Origin: Antedon mediterranea
Taxonomy: Eukaryota; Animalia; Echinodermata
DNA length: 64,000 bases
Reading direction: 5' to 3'
Assembly (NCBI RefSeq): GCF_964355755.1
Contig: NC_092677.1
Location: forward strand, 21,003,075 to 21,067,074
The position numbers and the translations under genes are program-made. The notes under the pieces were generated by a model. It did not search any database. It was given only the letters and a program-made list of their open reading frames with translations, and was not told the origin of the DNA. Of this stretch, positions 36,201 through 51,200 are shown in pieces (position 1 is the stretch's first letter; each line of letters starts with the position of its first letter).

Positions 36201-39200
36201 GTTAAAACTTTTCACACAAAAACATCAAAGTCCACAAAATAGCTTAATATCGTATTCAAAAACGTTTTAGACCATTTTGAGCATTTCGAAAAAACTTTTT
36301 CACACAAAACATCAAAGTTTACAAAATAGCTTCAAATCGCATTTGGAGACGTTTTAGACCATTTTGTGATTTTCGAAAAAACTTGTTAACATAAAAACAC
36401 CAAAGTGCTCAGAATACCTTCAAATCGCATTTTGAGACGTTTTAGACCATTTTGTGATTTTCGAAAAAACAACATAAAAACACCAAAGTGCTCAGAATAC
36501 CTTCAAATCGCATTTGGAGACGTTTTAGACCATTTTGTGATTTTGGAAAAAACTTGTTAACATAAAAACACCAAAGTGCTCAGAATACCTTCAAATCGTA
36601 TTTTGAGACGTTTTAGACAATTTTGTGATTTTCGAAAAAACTTGTTAACATAAAAACACCAAAGTGCTTAGAAAAGCTTCAAATCGCATTTGGAGACGTT
36701 TTAGACCATTTTGTGCATTTCGATGAAACTTGGTTACACAAAAACATCAAAGTGTACAGAATAGCTTCAAATCGCATTAGAAACCGTTTTAGACCATTTT
36801 GAGCATTTCGAAAAAACTTTTTCACACAAAACATCAAAGTGTACAAAATAGCTTCAAATCGCATTTGGAGACGTTTTAGACAATTTTGTGATTTTCGAAA
36901 AAACTTGTTTACATAAAAACACCAAAGTGCTAAGAATAGCTTCCAATCGCATTTGGAGACGTTTTAGACCCTTTTGTGCATTTCGATGAAACTTGGTTAC
37001 ACAAAAACATCAAAGTGCTTAAAATCACATTAGAAACCGTTTTAGACCATTTTGAGCATTTCGTTAAAATTTTTCACAGAAAAACATCAAAGAGCAAAAA
37101 ATAGCTTAATATCGTATTTAAAAACGTTTTAGACCATTTTGAGCATTTCGACAAAACTTTTTCACACAAAACATCAAAGTATACAGATAAGCTTCAAATC
37201 GCATTTGGAGACGTTTTAAACCATTTTGAGCATTTCGATAAAATTTTACACACAAAAACATCAAAGTGCACAAAATAGCTTAATATGGTATTTAAAAACG
37301 TTTTAGACCATTTTGAGCATTTCAACAAAACTTTTTCTCACAAAACATCAAAGTGTACAGAATAGCTTCAAATCGCATTTGGAGACGTTTTAGACCATTT
37401 TGTGCATTTCGATGAAACTTGGTTACACAAAAACATCAAAGTGCTTAAAATCACATTTTGAGCATTTCGTTAAAACTTTTCACACAAAAACATCAAAGTC
37501 CACAAAATAGCTTAATATCGTATTTAAAAACGTTTTAGACCATTTTGAGCATTTTCGAAAAAACTTGTTAACATAAAAACACCAAAGTGCTCAGAATACC
37601 TTCAAATCGTGTTTTGAGACGTTTTAGACCGTTTTGTAATTTTCGAAAAAACTTGTTAACATAAAAACACCAAAGTGCTCAGAATACCTTCACATCGCAT
37701 TTTGAGACGTTTTAGACCATTTTGTGATTTTCGAAAAAACTTGTTAACATAAAAACACCAAAGTGCTTAGAAAAGCTTGAAATTGCATTTGGAGACGTTT
37801 TAGACCATTTTGTGCATTTCGATGAAACTTGGTTAAAGTGCTTAAAATCACATTTTGAGCATTTCGTTAAAACTTTTCACACAAAAACATCAAAGAGTAA
37901 AAAATAGCTTAATATCGTATTTAAAAACGTTTTAGACCATTTTGTTCATTTCGATGAAACAAAAACACAAAAACATCAAATTGCACAAAATGGCTTAATA
38001 TGATATGGGAAAACGTTTTAGACCATTTTGAACATTTCGTTAAAAGTTTTCACAAAAAAACATCAAAGTCCACAAAATAGCTTAATATCGTATTTAAAAA
38101 CGTTTTAGACCATTTTGAGCATTTCGAAAAAACTTTTTCACACAAAACATCAAAGTTTACAAAATAGCTTCAAATCGCATTTGGAGACGTTTTAGACCAT
38201 TTTGTGATTTTCGAAAAAACTTGTTAACATAAAAACACCAAAGTGCTCAGAATACCTTCAAATCGCATTTTGAGACGTTTTAGACCATTTTGTGATTTTC
38301 GAAAAAACTTGTTAACATAAAAACACCAAAGTGCTCAGAATACCTTCAAATCGTGTTTTGAGACGTTTTAGACCATTTTGTGATTTTGGAAAAACTTGTT
38401 AACATAAAAACACCAAAGTGCTCAGAATACCTTCAAATCGCATTTGGAGACGTTTTAGACCATTTTGTGATTTTCGAAAAAAACTTGTTAACATAAAAAC
38501 ACCAAAGTGCTCAGAAAAGCTTCAAATCGCAATTGGAGACGTTTTAAACCATTTTGTTCATTTCGATGAAACTTGGTTACACAAAAACATCAAATTGCAC
38601 AAAATGGCTTAATATGGTATGGGAAAACGTTTTAGACCATTTTGAACATTTCGAGAAAACTTTTTCACACAAAACTTCAAAGTGTACAGAATAGCTTCAA
38701 ATCGCATTAGAAACCGTTTTAGACCATTTTGAGCATTTCGAAAAAAACTTTTTCACACAAAACATCAAAGTTTACAAAATAGCTTCAAATCGCATTTGGA
38801 GACGTTTTAGACCATTTTGTGATTTTCGAAAAAACTTGTTAACATAAAAACACCAAAGTGCTCAGAATACCTTCAAATCGCATTTTGAGACGTTTTAGAC
38901 CATTTTGTGATTTTCGAAAAAACTTGTTAACATAAAAATACCAAAGTGCTCAGAATACCTTCAAATCGTGTTTTGAGACGTTTTAGACCATTTTGTGATT
39001 TTCGAAAAAACTTGTTAACATAAAAACACCAAAGTGCTCAGAATACCTTCAAATCGCATTTGGAGACGTTTTAGACCATTTTGTGATTTTCGAAAAAACT
39101 TGTTAACATAAAAACACCAAAGTGCTCAGAAAAGCTTCAAATCGCAATTGGAGACGTTTTAAACCATTTTGTTCATTTCGATGAAACTTGGTTACACAAA

Positions 39201-42200
39201 AACATCAAAGAGCACAAAAGTATTTAAAAACGTTTTAGACCATTTTGAGCATTCCGACAAAACTTTTTCACACAAAACATCAAAGTGTACAGAATAGCTT
39301 TAAATCGCATTTGGAGACGTTTTAGACCATTTTGTAGTTTTCGAAAAAACTTGTTAACATAAAAACACAAAAGAGCTTCAAATCGCATTTGGAGACGTTT
39401 TAGACCCTTTTGTGCATTTCGATGAAACTTGGTTACACAAAAACATCAAAGTGCTTAAAATCACATTAGAAACCGTTTTAGACCATTTTGAGCATTTCGT
39501 TAAAACTTTTCACACAAAAACATCAAAGTCCACAAAATAGCTTAATATCGTTTTCAAAAACGTTTTAGACCATTTTGAGCATTTCGAAAAAACTTTTTCA
39601 CACAAAACATCAAAGTTTACAAAATAGCTTCAAATCGCATTTGGAGACGTTTTAGACCATTTTGTGATTTTCGAAAAAACTTGTTAACATAAAAACACCA
39701 AAGTGCTCAGAATACCTTCAAATCGCATTTGGAGACGTTTTAGACCATTTTGTGATTTTCGAAAAAACTTGTTAACATAAAAACACCAAAGTGCTTAGAA
39801 AAGCTTCAAATCGCATTTGGAGACGTTTTAGACCATTTTGTGCATTTCGATGAAACTTGGTTACACAAAAACATCAAAGTGTTTAAAATCACATTTTGAG
39901 CATTTCGTTAAAACTTTTCACACAAAAACATCAAAGAGCAAAAAATAGCTTAATATCGTATTTAAAAACGTTTTAGACCATTTTGAGCATTTCGACAAAA
40001 CTTTTTCACACAAAACATCAAAGTGTACAAAATAGCTTCAAATCGCATTTGGAGACGTTTTAGACCATTTTGTGATTTTCGAAAAAACAACATAAAAACA
40101 CCAAAGTGCTCAGAATACCTTCATAGACCGCGTTTAGACCATTTTGTGATTTTCGAAAAAACAACATAAAAACACCAAAGTGCTCAGAATCTCGCATTTG
40201 GAAGACCATTTTGTGATTTTGAAAAAACTTGTTAACATAAAAACACCAAAGTGCTCAGAACTTCAAATCGTATTTTGAGACGTTTTAGACAATTTTGTGA
40301 TTTTCGAAAAAACTTGTTAACATAAAAACACCAAAGTGCTTAGAAAAGCTTCAAATCGCATTTGGGAGACGTTTTAGAATACCTTCAAATCGTATTTTGA
40401 GACGTTTTAGACAATTTTGTGATTTTCGAAAAAACTTGTTAACATAAAAACACCAAAGTGCTTAGAAAAGCTTCAAATCGCATTTGGAGACGTTTTAGAC
40501 CATTTTGTGCATTTCGATGAAACTTGGTTACACAAAAACATCAAAGTGCTTAAAATCACATTTTGAGCATTTCGTTAAAACTTTTCACACAAAAACATCA
40601 AAGAGCAAAAAATAGCTTAATATCGTATTTAAAAACGTTTTAGACCATTTTGAGCATTTCGACAAAACTTTTTCACACAAAACATCAAAGTGTACAAAAT
40701 AGCTTCAAATCGCATTTGGAGACGTTTTAGACAATTTTGTGATTTTCGAAAAAACTTGTTTACATAAAAACACCAAAGTGCTAAGAATAGCTTCCAATCG
40801 CATTTGGAGACGTTTTAGACCCTTTTGTGCATTTCGATGAAACTTGGTTACACAAAAACATCAAAGTGCTTAAAATCACATTAGAAACCGTTTTAGAACA
40901 TTTTGAGCATTTCGTTAAAATTTTTCACAGAAAAACATCAAAGAGCAAAAAATAGCTTAATATCGTATTTAAAAACGTTTTAGACCATTTTGAGCATTTC
41001 GACAAAACTTTTTCACACAAAACAACAAAGTGTACAGAATAGCTTCAAATCGCATTTGGAGACGTTTTAACCCATTTTGAGCATTTCGATAAAATTTTAC
41101 ACACAAAAACATCATAGTGCACAAAATAGCTTAATATGGTATTTAAAAACGTTTTAGACCATTTTGAGCATTTCAACAAAACTTTTTCTCACAAAACATC
41201 AAAGTGTACAGAATAGCTTCAAATCGCATTTGGAGACGTTTTAGACCATTTTGTGCATTTCGATGAAACTTGGTTACACAAAAACATCAAAGTGCTTAAA
41301 ATCACATTTTGAGCATTTCGTTAAAACTCTTCACACAAAAACATCAAAGTCCACAAAATAGCTTAATATCGTATTTAAAAACGTTTTAGACCATTTTGAG
41401 CATTTCGAAAAAACTTTTCCACACAAAACATCAAAGTTTACAAAATAGCTTCAAATCGCATTTGGAGACGTTTTAGACCATTTTGTGATTTTCGAAAAAA
41501 CTTGTTAACATAAAAACACCAAAGTGCTCAGAATACCTTCAAATCGCATTTGGAGACGTTTTAGACCCTTTTGTGCATTTCGATGAAACTTGGTTACACA
41601 AAAACATCAAAGTGCTTAAAATCACATTAGAAACCGTTTTAGACCATTTTGAGCATTTCGTTAAAATTTTTCACAGAAAAACATCAAAGAGCAAAAAATA
41701 GCTTAATATCGTATTTAAAAACGTTTTAGACCATTTTGAGCATTTCGACAAAACTTTTTCACACAAAACATCAAAGTGTACAGAATAGCTTCAAATCGCA
41801 TTTGGAGACGTTTTAACCCATTTTGAGCATTTCGATAAAATTTTACACACAAAAACATCAAAGTGCACAAAATAGCTTAATATGGTATTTAAAAACGTTT
41901 TAGACCATTTTGAGCATTTCAACAAAACTTTTTCTCGCAAAACATCAAAGTGTACAGAATAGCTTCAAATCGCATTTGGAGACGTTTTAGACCATTTTGT
42001 GCATTTCGATGAAACTTGGTTACACAAAAACATCAAAGTGCTTAAAATCACATTTTGAGCATTTCGTTAAAACTTTTCACACAAAAACATCAAAGTCCAC
42101 AAAATAGCTTAATATCGCATTTAAAAACGTTTTAGACCATTTTGAGCATTTTCGAAAAAACTTGTTAACATAAAAACACCAAAGTGCTCAGAATACCTTC

Positions 42201-45200
42201 AAATCGTGTTTTGAGACGTTTTAGACCGTTTTGTAATTTTCGAAAAAACTTGTTAACATAAAAACACCAAAGTGCTCAGAATACCTTCACATCGCATTTT
42301 GAGACGTTTTAGACCATTTTGTGATTTTCGAAAAAACTTGTTAACATAAAAACACCAAAGTGCTTAGAAAAGCTTGAAATTGCATTTGGAGACGTTTTAG
42401 ACCATTTTGTGCATTTCGATGAAACTTGGTTAAAGTGCTTAAAATCACATTTTGAGCATTTCGTTAAAACTTTTCACACAAAAACATCAAAGAGTAAAAA
42501 ATAGCTTAATATCGTATTTAAAAACGTTTTAGACCATTTTGTTCATTTCGATGAAACAAAAACACAAAAACATCAAATTGCACAAAATGGCTTAATATGA
42601 TATGGGAAAACGTTTTAGACCATTTTGAACATTTCGTTAAAAGTTTTCACAAAAAAACATCAAAGTCCACAAAATAGCTTAATATCGTATTTAAAAACGT
42701 TTTAGACCATTTTGAGCATTTCGAAAAAACTTTTTCACACAAAACATCAAAGTTTACAAAATAGCTTCAAATCGCATTTGGAGACGTTTTAGACCATTTT
42801 GTGATTTTCGAAAAAACTTGTTAACATAAAAACACCAAAGTGCTCAGAATACCTTCAAATCGCATTTTGAGACGTTTTAGACCATTTTGTGATTTTCGAA
42901 AAAACTTGTTAACATAAAAACACCAAAGTGCTCAGAATACCTTCAAATCGTGTTTTGAGACGTTTTAGACCATTTTGTGATTTTGGAAAAACTTGTTAAC
43001 ATAAAAACACCAAAGTGCTCAGAATACCTTCAAATCGCATTTGGAGACGTTTTAGACCATTTTGTGATTTTCGAAAAAAACTTGTTAACATAAAAACACC
43101 AAAGTGCTCAGAAAAGCTTCAAATCGCAATTGGAGACGTTTTAAACCATTTTGTTCATTTCGATGAAACTTGGTTACACAAAAACATCAAAGAGCACAAA
43201 ATGGCTTAATATGGTATGGGAAAACGTTTTAGACCATTTTGAACATTTCGAGAAAACTTTTTCACACAAAACTTCAAAGTGTACAGAATAGCTTCAAATC
43301 GCATTAGAAACCGTTTTAGACCATTTTGAGCATTTCGAAAAAAACTTTTTCACACAAAACATCAAAGTTTACAAAATAGCTTCAAATCGCATTTGGAGAC
43401 GTTTTAGACCATTTTGTGATTTTCGAAAAAACTTGTTAACATAAAAACACCAAAGTGCTCAGAATACCTTCAAATCGCATTTTGAGACGTTTTAGACCAT
43501 TTTGTGATTTTCGAAAAAACTTGTTAACATAAAAATACCAAAGTGCTCAGAATACCTTCAAATCGTGTTTTGAGACGTTTTAGACCATTTTGTGATTTTC
43601 GAAAAAACTTGTTAACATAAAAACACCAAAGTGCTCAGAATACCTTCAAATCGCATTTGGAGACGTTTTAGACCATTTTGTGATTTTCGAAAAAACTTGT
43701 TAACATAAAAACACCAAAGTGCTCAGAATACCTTCAAATCGCATTTGGAGACGTTTTAGACCATTTTGTGATTTTCGAAAAAACTTGTTAACATAAAAAC
43801 ACCAAAGTGCTCAGAAAAGCTTCAAATCGCAATTGGAGACGTTTTAAACCATTTTGTTCATTTCGATGAAACTTGGTTACACAAAAACATCAAAGAGCAC
43901 AAAAGTATTTAAAAACGTTTTAGACCATTTTGAGCATTCCGACAAAACTTTTTCACACAAAACATCAAAGTGTACAGAATAGCTTTAAATCGCATTTGGA
44001 GACGTTTTAGACCATTTTGTAGTTTTCGAAAAAACTTGTTAACATAAAAACACAAAAGAGCTTCAAATCGCATTTGGAGACGTTTTAGACCCTTTTGTGC
44101 ATTTCGATGAAACTTGGTTACACAAAAACATCAAAGTGCTTAAAATCACATTAGAAACCGTTTTAGACCATTTTGAGCATTTCGTTAAAACTTTTCACAC
44201 AAAAACATCAAAGTCCACAAAATAGCTTAATATCGTTTTCAAAAACGTTTTAGACCATTTTGAGCATTTCGAAAAAACTTTTTCACACAAAACATCAAAG
44301 TTTACAAAATAGCTTCAAATCGCATTTGGAGACGTTTTAGACCATTTTGTGATTTTCGAAAAAACTTGTTAACATAAAAACACCAAAGTGCTCAGAATAC
44401 CTTCAAATCGCATTTGGAGACGTTTTAGACCATTTTGTGATTTTCGAAAAAACTTGTTAACATAAAAACACCAAAGTGCTTAGAAAAGCTTCAAATCGCA
44501 TTTGGAGACGTTTTAGACCATTTTGTGCATTTCGATGAAACTTGGTTACACAAAAACATCAAAGTGTTTAAAATCACATTTTGAGCATTTCGTTAAAACT
44601 TTTCACACAAAAACATCAAAGAGCAAAAAATAGCTTAATATCGTATTTAAAAACGTTTTAGACCATTTTGAGCATTTCGACAAAACTTTTTCACACAAAA
44701 CATCAAAGTGTACAAAATAGCTTCAAATCGCATTTGGAGACGTTTTAGACCATTTTGTGATTTTCGAAAAAACAACATAAAAACACCAAAGTGCTCAGAA
44801 TACCTTCAAATCGCATTTGGAGACGTTTTAGACCATTTAGTGATTTTGGAAAAAACTTGTTAACATAAAAACACCAAAGTGCTCAGAATACCTTCAAATC
44901 GTATTTTGAGACGTTTTAGACAATTTTGTGATTTTCGAAAAAACTTGTTAACATAAAAACACCAAAGTGCTTAGAAAAGCTTCAAATCGCATTTGGAGAC
45001 GTTTTAGACCATTTTGTGATTTTCGAAAAAACTTGTTAACATAAAAACACCAAAGTGCTCAGAATACCTTCAAATCGTATTTTGAGACGTTTTAGACAAT
45101 TTTGTGATTTTCGAAAAAACTTGTTAACATAAAAACACCAAAGTGCTTAGAAAAGCTTCAAATCGCATTTGGAGACGTTTTAGACCATTTTGTGCATTTC

Positions 45201-48200
45201 GATGAAACTTGGTTACACAAAAACATCAAAGTGCTTAAAATCACATTTTGAGCATTTCGTTAAAACTTTTCACACAAAAACATCAAAGAGCAAAAAATAG
45301 CTTAATATCGTATTTAAAAACGTTTTAGACCATTTTGAGCATTTCGACAAAACTTTTTCACACAAAACATCAAAGTGTACAAAATAGCTTCAAATCGCAT
45401 TTGGAGACGTTTTAGACAATTTTGTGATTTTCGAAAAAACTTGTTTACATAAAAACACCAAAGTGCTAAGAATAGCTTCCAATCGCATTTGGAGACGTTT
45501 TAGACCCTTTTGTGCATTTCGATGAAACTTGGTTACACAAAAACATCAAAGTGCTTAAAATCACATTAGAAACCGTTTTAGAACATTTTGAGCATTTCGT
45601 TAAAATTTTTCACAGAAAAACATCAAAGAGCAAAAAATAGCTTAATATCGTATTTAAAAACGTTTTAGACCATTTTGAGCATTTCGACAAAACTTTTTCA
45701 CACAAAACAACAAAGTGTACAGAATAGCTTCAAATCGCATTTGGAGACGTTTTAACCCATTTTGAGCATTTCGATAAAATTTTACACACAAAAACATCAT
45801 AGTGCACAAAATAGCTTAATATGGTATTTAAAAACGTTTTAGACCATTTTGAGCATTTCAACAAAACTTTTTCTCACAAAACATCAAAGTGTACAGAATA
45901 GCTTCAAATCGCATTTGGAGACGTTTTAGACCATTTTGTGCATTTCGATGAAACTTGGTTACACAAAAACATCAAAGTGCTTAAAATCACATTTTGAGCA
46001 TTTCGTTAAAACTCTTCACACAAAAACATCAAAGAGCAAAAAATAGCTTAATATCGTATTTAAAAACGTTTTAGACCATTTTGAGCATTTCGACAAAACT
46101 TTTTCACACAAAACAACAAAGTGTACAGAATAGCTTCAAATCGCATTTGGAGACGTTTTAACCCATTTTGAGCATTTCGATAAAATTTTACACACAAAAA
46201 CATCATAGTGCACAAAATAGCTTAATATGGTATTTAAAAACGTTTTAGACCATTTTGAGCATTTCAACAAAACTTTTTCTCACAAAACATCAAAGTGTAC
46301 AGAATAGCTTCAAATCGCATTTGGAGACGTTTTAGACCATTTTGTGCATTTCGATGAAACTTGGTTACACAAAAACATCAAAGTGCTTAAAATCACATTT
46401 TGAGCATTTCGTTAAAACTCTTCACACAAAAACATCAAAGTCCACAAAATAGCTTAATATCGTATTTAAAAACGTTTTAGACCATTTTGAGCATTTCGAA
46501 AAAACTTTTCCACACAAAACATCAAAGTTTACAAAATAGCTTCAAATCGCATTTGGAGACGTTTTAGACCATTTTGTGATTTTCGAAAAAACTTGTTAAC
46601 ATAAAAACACCAAAGTGCTCAGAATACCTTCAAATCGCATTTGGAGACGTTTTAGACCCTTTTGTGCATTTCGATGAAACTTGGTTACACAAAAACATCA
46701 AAGTGCTTAAAATCACATTAGAAACCGTTTTAGACCATTTTGAGCATTTCGTTAAAATTTTTCACAGAAAAACATCAAAGAGCAAAAAATAGCTTAATAT
46801 CGTATTTAAAAACGTTTTAGACCATTTTGAGCATTTCGACAAAACTTTTTCACACAAAACATCAAAGTGTACAGAATAGCTTCAAATCGCATTTGGAGAC
46901 GTTTTAACCCATTTTGAGCATTTCGATAAAATTTTACACACAAAAACATCAAAGTGCACAAAATAGCTTAATATGGTATTTAAAAACGTTTTAGACCATT
47001 TTGAGCATTTCAACAAAACTTTTTCTCGCAAAACATCAAAGTGTACAGAATAGCTTCAAATCGCATTTGGAGACGTTTTAGACCATTTTGTGCATTTCGA
47101 TGAAACTTGGTTACACAAAAACATCAAAGTGCTTAAAATCACATTTTGAGCATTTCGTTAAAACTTTTCACACAAAAACATCAAAGTCCACAAAATAGCT
47201 TAATATCGTATTTAAAAACGTTTTAGACCATTTTGAGCATTTCGAAAAAACTTTTCCACACAAAACATCAAAGTTTACAAAATAGCTTCAAATCGCATTT
47301 GGAGACGTTTTAGACCATTTTGTGATTTTCGAAAAAACTTGTTAACATAAAAACACCAAAGTGCTCAGAATACCTTCAAATCGTGTTTTGAGACGTTTTA
47401 GACCATTTTGTAATTTTCGAAAAAACTTGTTAACATAAAAACACCAAAGTGCTCAGAATACCTTCACATCGCATTTTGAGACGTTTTAGACCATTTTGTG
47501 ATTTTCGAAAAAACTTGTTAACATAAAAACACCAAAGTGCTTAGAAAAGCTTGAAATCGCATTTGGAGACGTTTTAGACCATTTTGTGCATTTCGATGAA
47601 ACTTGGTTAAAGTGCTTAAAATCACATTTTGAGCATTTCGTTAAAACTTTTCACACAAAAACATCAAAGAGTAAAAAATAGCTTAATATCGTATTTAAAA
47701 ACGTTTTAGACCATTTTGAGCATTTCGACAAAATTTTTTCACACAAAACATCAAAGTGTACAGAATAGCTTTAAATCGCATTTGGAGACGTTTTAGACCA
47801 TTTTGTTCATTTCGATGAAACAAAAACACAAAAACATCAAATTGCACAAAATGGCTTAATATGATATGGGAAAACGTTTTAGACCATTTTGAACATTTCG
47901 TTAAAAGTTTTCACAAAAAAACATCAAAGTCCACAAAATAGCTTAATATCGTATTTAAAAACGTTTTAGACCATTTTGAGCATTTCGAAAAAACTTTTTC
48001 ACACAAAACATCAAAGTTTACAAAATAGCTTCAAATCGCATTTGGAGACGTTTTAGACCATTTTGTGATTTTCGAAAAAACTTGTTAACATAAAAACACC
48101 AAAGTGCTCAGAATACCTTCAAATCGCATTTTGAGACGTTTTAGACCATTTTGTGATTTTCGAAAAAACTTGTTAACATAAAAACACCAAAGTGCTCAGA

Positions 48201-51200
48201 ATACCTTCAAATCGTGTTTTGAGACGTTTTAGACCATTTTGTGATTTTGGAAAAACTTGTTAACATAAAAACACCAAAGTGCTCAGAATACCTTCAAATC
48301 GCATTCGGAGACGTTTTAGACCATTTTGTGATTTTCGAAAAAACTTGTTAACATAAAAACACCAAAGTGCTCAGAAAAGCTTCAAATCGCAATTGGAGAC
48401 GTTTTAAACCATTTTGTTCATTTCGATGAAACTTGGTTACACAAAAACATCAAATTGCACAAAATGGCTTAATATGGTATGGGAAAACGTTTTAGACCAT
48501 TTTGAACATTTCGAGAAAACTTTTTCACACAAAACTTCAAAGTGTACAGAATAGCTTCAAATCGCATTAGAAACCGTTTTAGACCATTTTGAGCATTTCG
48601 AAAAAACTTTTTCACACAAAACATCAAAGTTTACAAAATAGCTTCAAATCGCATTTGGAGACGTTTTAGACCATTTTGTGATTTTCGAAAAAACTTGTTA
48701 ACATAAAAACACCAAAGTGCTCAGAATACCTTCAAATCGCATTTTGAGACGTTTTAGACCATTTTGTGATTTTCGAAAAAACTTGTTAACATAAAAATAC
48801 CAAAGTGCTCTGAATACCTTCAAATCGTGTTTTGAGACGTTTTAGACCATTTTGTGATTTTCGAAAAAACTTGTTAACATAAAAACACCAAAGTGCTCAG
48901 AATACCTTCAAATCGCATTTGGAGACGTTTTAGACCATTTTGTTAATTTCGATGAAACAAAAACACAAAAACATCAAATTGCACAAAATGGCTTAATATG
49001 ATATGGGAAAACGTTTTAGACCATTTTGAACAATTCGTTAAAAGTTTTCACAAAAAAACATCAAAGTCCACAAAATAGCTTAATATCGTATTTAAAAACG
49101 TTTTAGACCATTTTGAGCATTTCGAAAAAACTTTTTCACACAAAACATCAAAGTTTACAAAATAGCTTCAAATCGCATTTGGAGACGTTTTAGACCATTT
49201 TGTGATTTTCGAAAAAACTTGTTAACATAAAAACACCAAAGTGCTCAGAATACCTTCAAATCGCATTTTGAGACGTTTTAGACCATTTTGTGATTTTCGA
49301 AAAAACTTGTTAACATAAAAACACCAAAGTGCTCAGAATACCTTCAAATCGTGTTTTGAGACGTTTTAGACCATTTTGTGATTTTGGAAAAACTTGTTAA
49401 CATAAAAACACCAAAGTGCTCAGAATACCTTCAAATCGCATTTGGAGACGTTTTAGACCATTTTGTGATTTTCGAAAAAACTTGTTAACATAAAAACACC
49501 AAAGTGCTCAGAAAAGCTTCAAATCGCAATTGGAGACGTTGTAAACCATTTTGTTCATTTCGATGAAACTTGGTTACACAAAAACATCAAATTGCACAAA
49601 ATGGCTTAATATGGTATGGGAAAACGTTTTAGACCATTTTGAACATTTCGAGAAAACTTTTTCACACAAAACTTCAAAGTGTACAGAATAGCTTCAAATC
49701 GCATTAGAAACCGTTTTAGACCATTTTGAGCATTTCGAAAAAACTTTTTCACACAAAACATCAAAGTTTACAAAATAGCTTCAAATCGCATTTGGAGACG
49801 TTTTAGACCATTTTGTGATTTTCGAAAAAACTTGTTAACATAAAAACACCAAAGTGCTCAGAATACCTTCAAATCGCATTTTGAGACGTTTTAGACCATT
49901 TTGTGATTTTCGAAAAAACTTGTTAACATAAAAATACCAAAGTGCTCTGAATACCTTCAAATCGTGTTTTGAGACGTTTTAGACCATTTTGTGATTTTCG
50001 AAAAAACTTGTTAACATAAAAACACCAAAGTGCTCAGAATACCTTCAAATCGCATTTGGAGACGTTTTAGACCATTTTGTGATTTTCGAAAAAACTTGTT
50101 AACATAAAAACACCAAAGTGCTCAGAAAAGCTTCAAATCACATTTGGAGACGTTTTAAACCATTTTGTTCATTTCGATGAAACTTGGTTACACAAAAACA
50201 TCAAAGAGCACAAAAGTATTTAAAAACGTTTTAGACCATTTTGAGCATTCCGACAAAACTTTTTCACACAAAACATCAAAGTGTACAGAATAGCTTTAAA
50301 TCGCATTTGGAGACGTTTTAGACCATTTTGTAGTTTTCGAAAAAACTTGTTAACATAAAAACACAAAAGAGCTTCAAATCGCATTTGGAGACGTTTTAGA
50401 CCCTTTTGTGCATTTCGATGAAACTTGGTTACACAAAAACATCAAAGTGCTTAAAATCACATTAGAAACCGTTTTAGACCATTTTGAGCATTTCGTTAAA
50501 ACTTTTCACACAAAAACATCAAAGTCCACAAAATAGCTTAATATCGTATTCAAAAACGTTTTAGACCATTTTGAGCATTTCGAAAAAACTTTTTCACACA
50601 AAACATCAAAGTTTACAAAATAGCTTCAAATCGCATTTGGAGACGTTTTAGACCATTTTGTGATTTTCGAAAAAACTTGTTAACATAAAAACACCAAAGT
50701 GCTCAGAATACCTTCAAATCGCATTTTGAGACGTTTTAGACCATTTTGTGATTTTCGAAAAAACAACATAAAAACACCAAAGTGCTCAGAATACCTTCAA
50801 ATCGCATTTGGAGACGTTTTAGACCATTTTGTGATTTTGGAAAAAACTTGTTAACATAAAAACACCAAAGTGCTCAGAATACCTTCAAATCGTATTTTGA
50901 GACGTTTTAGACAATTTTGTGATTTTCGAAAAAACTTGTTAACATAAAAACACCAAAGTGCTTAGAAAAGCTTCAAATCGCATTTGGAGACGTTTTAGAC
51001 CATTTTGTGCATTTCGATGAAACTTGGTTACACAAAAACATCAAAGTGTACAGAATAGCTTCAAATCGCATTAGAAACCGTTTTAGACCATTTTGAGCAT
51101 TTCGAAAAAACTTTTTCACACAAAACATCAAAGTGTACAAAATAGCTTCAAATCGCATTTGGAGACGTTTTAGACAATTTTGTGATTTTCGAAAAAACTT

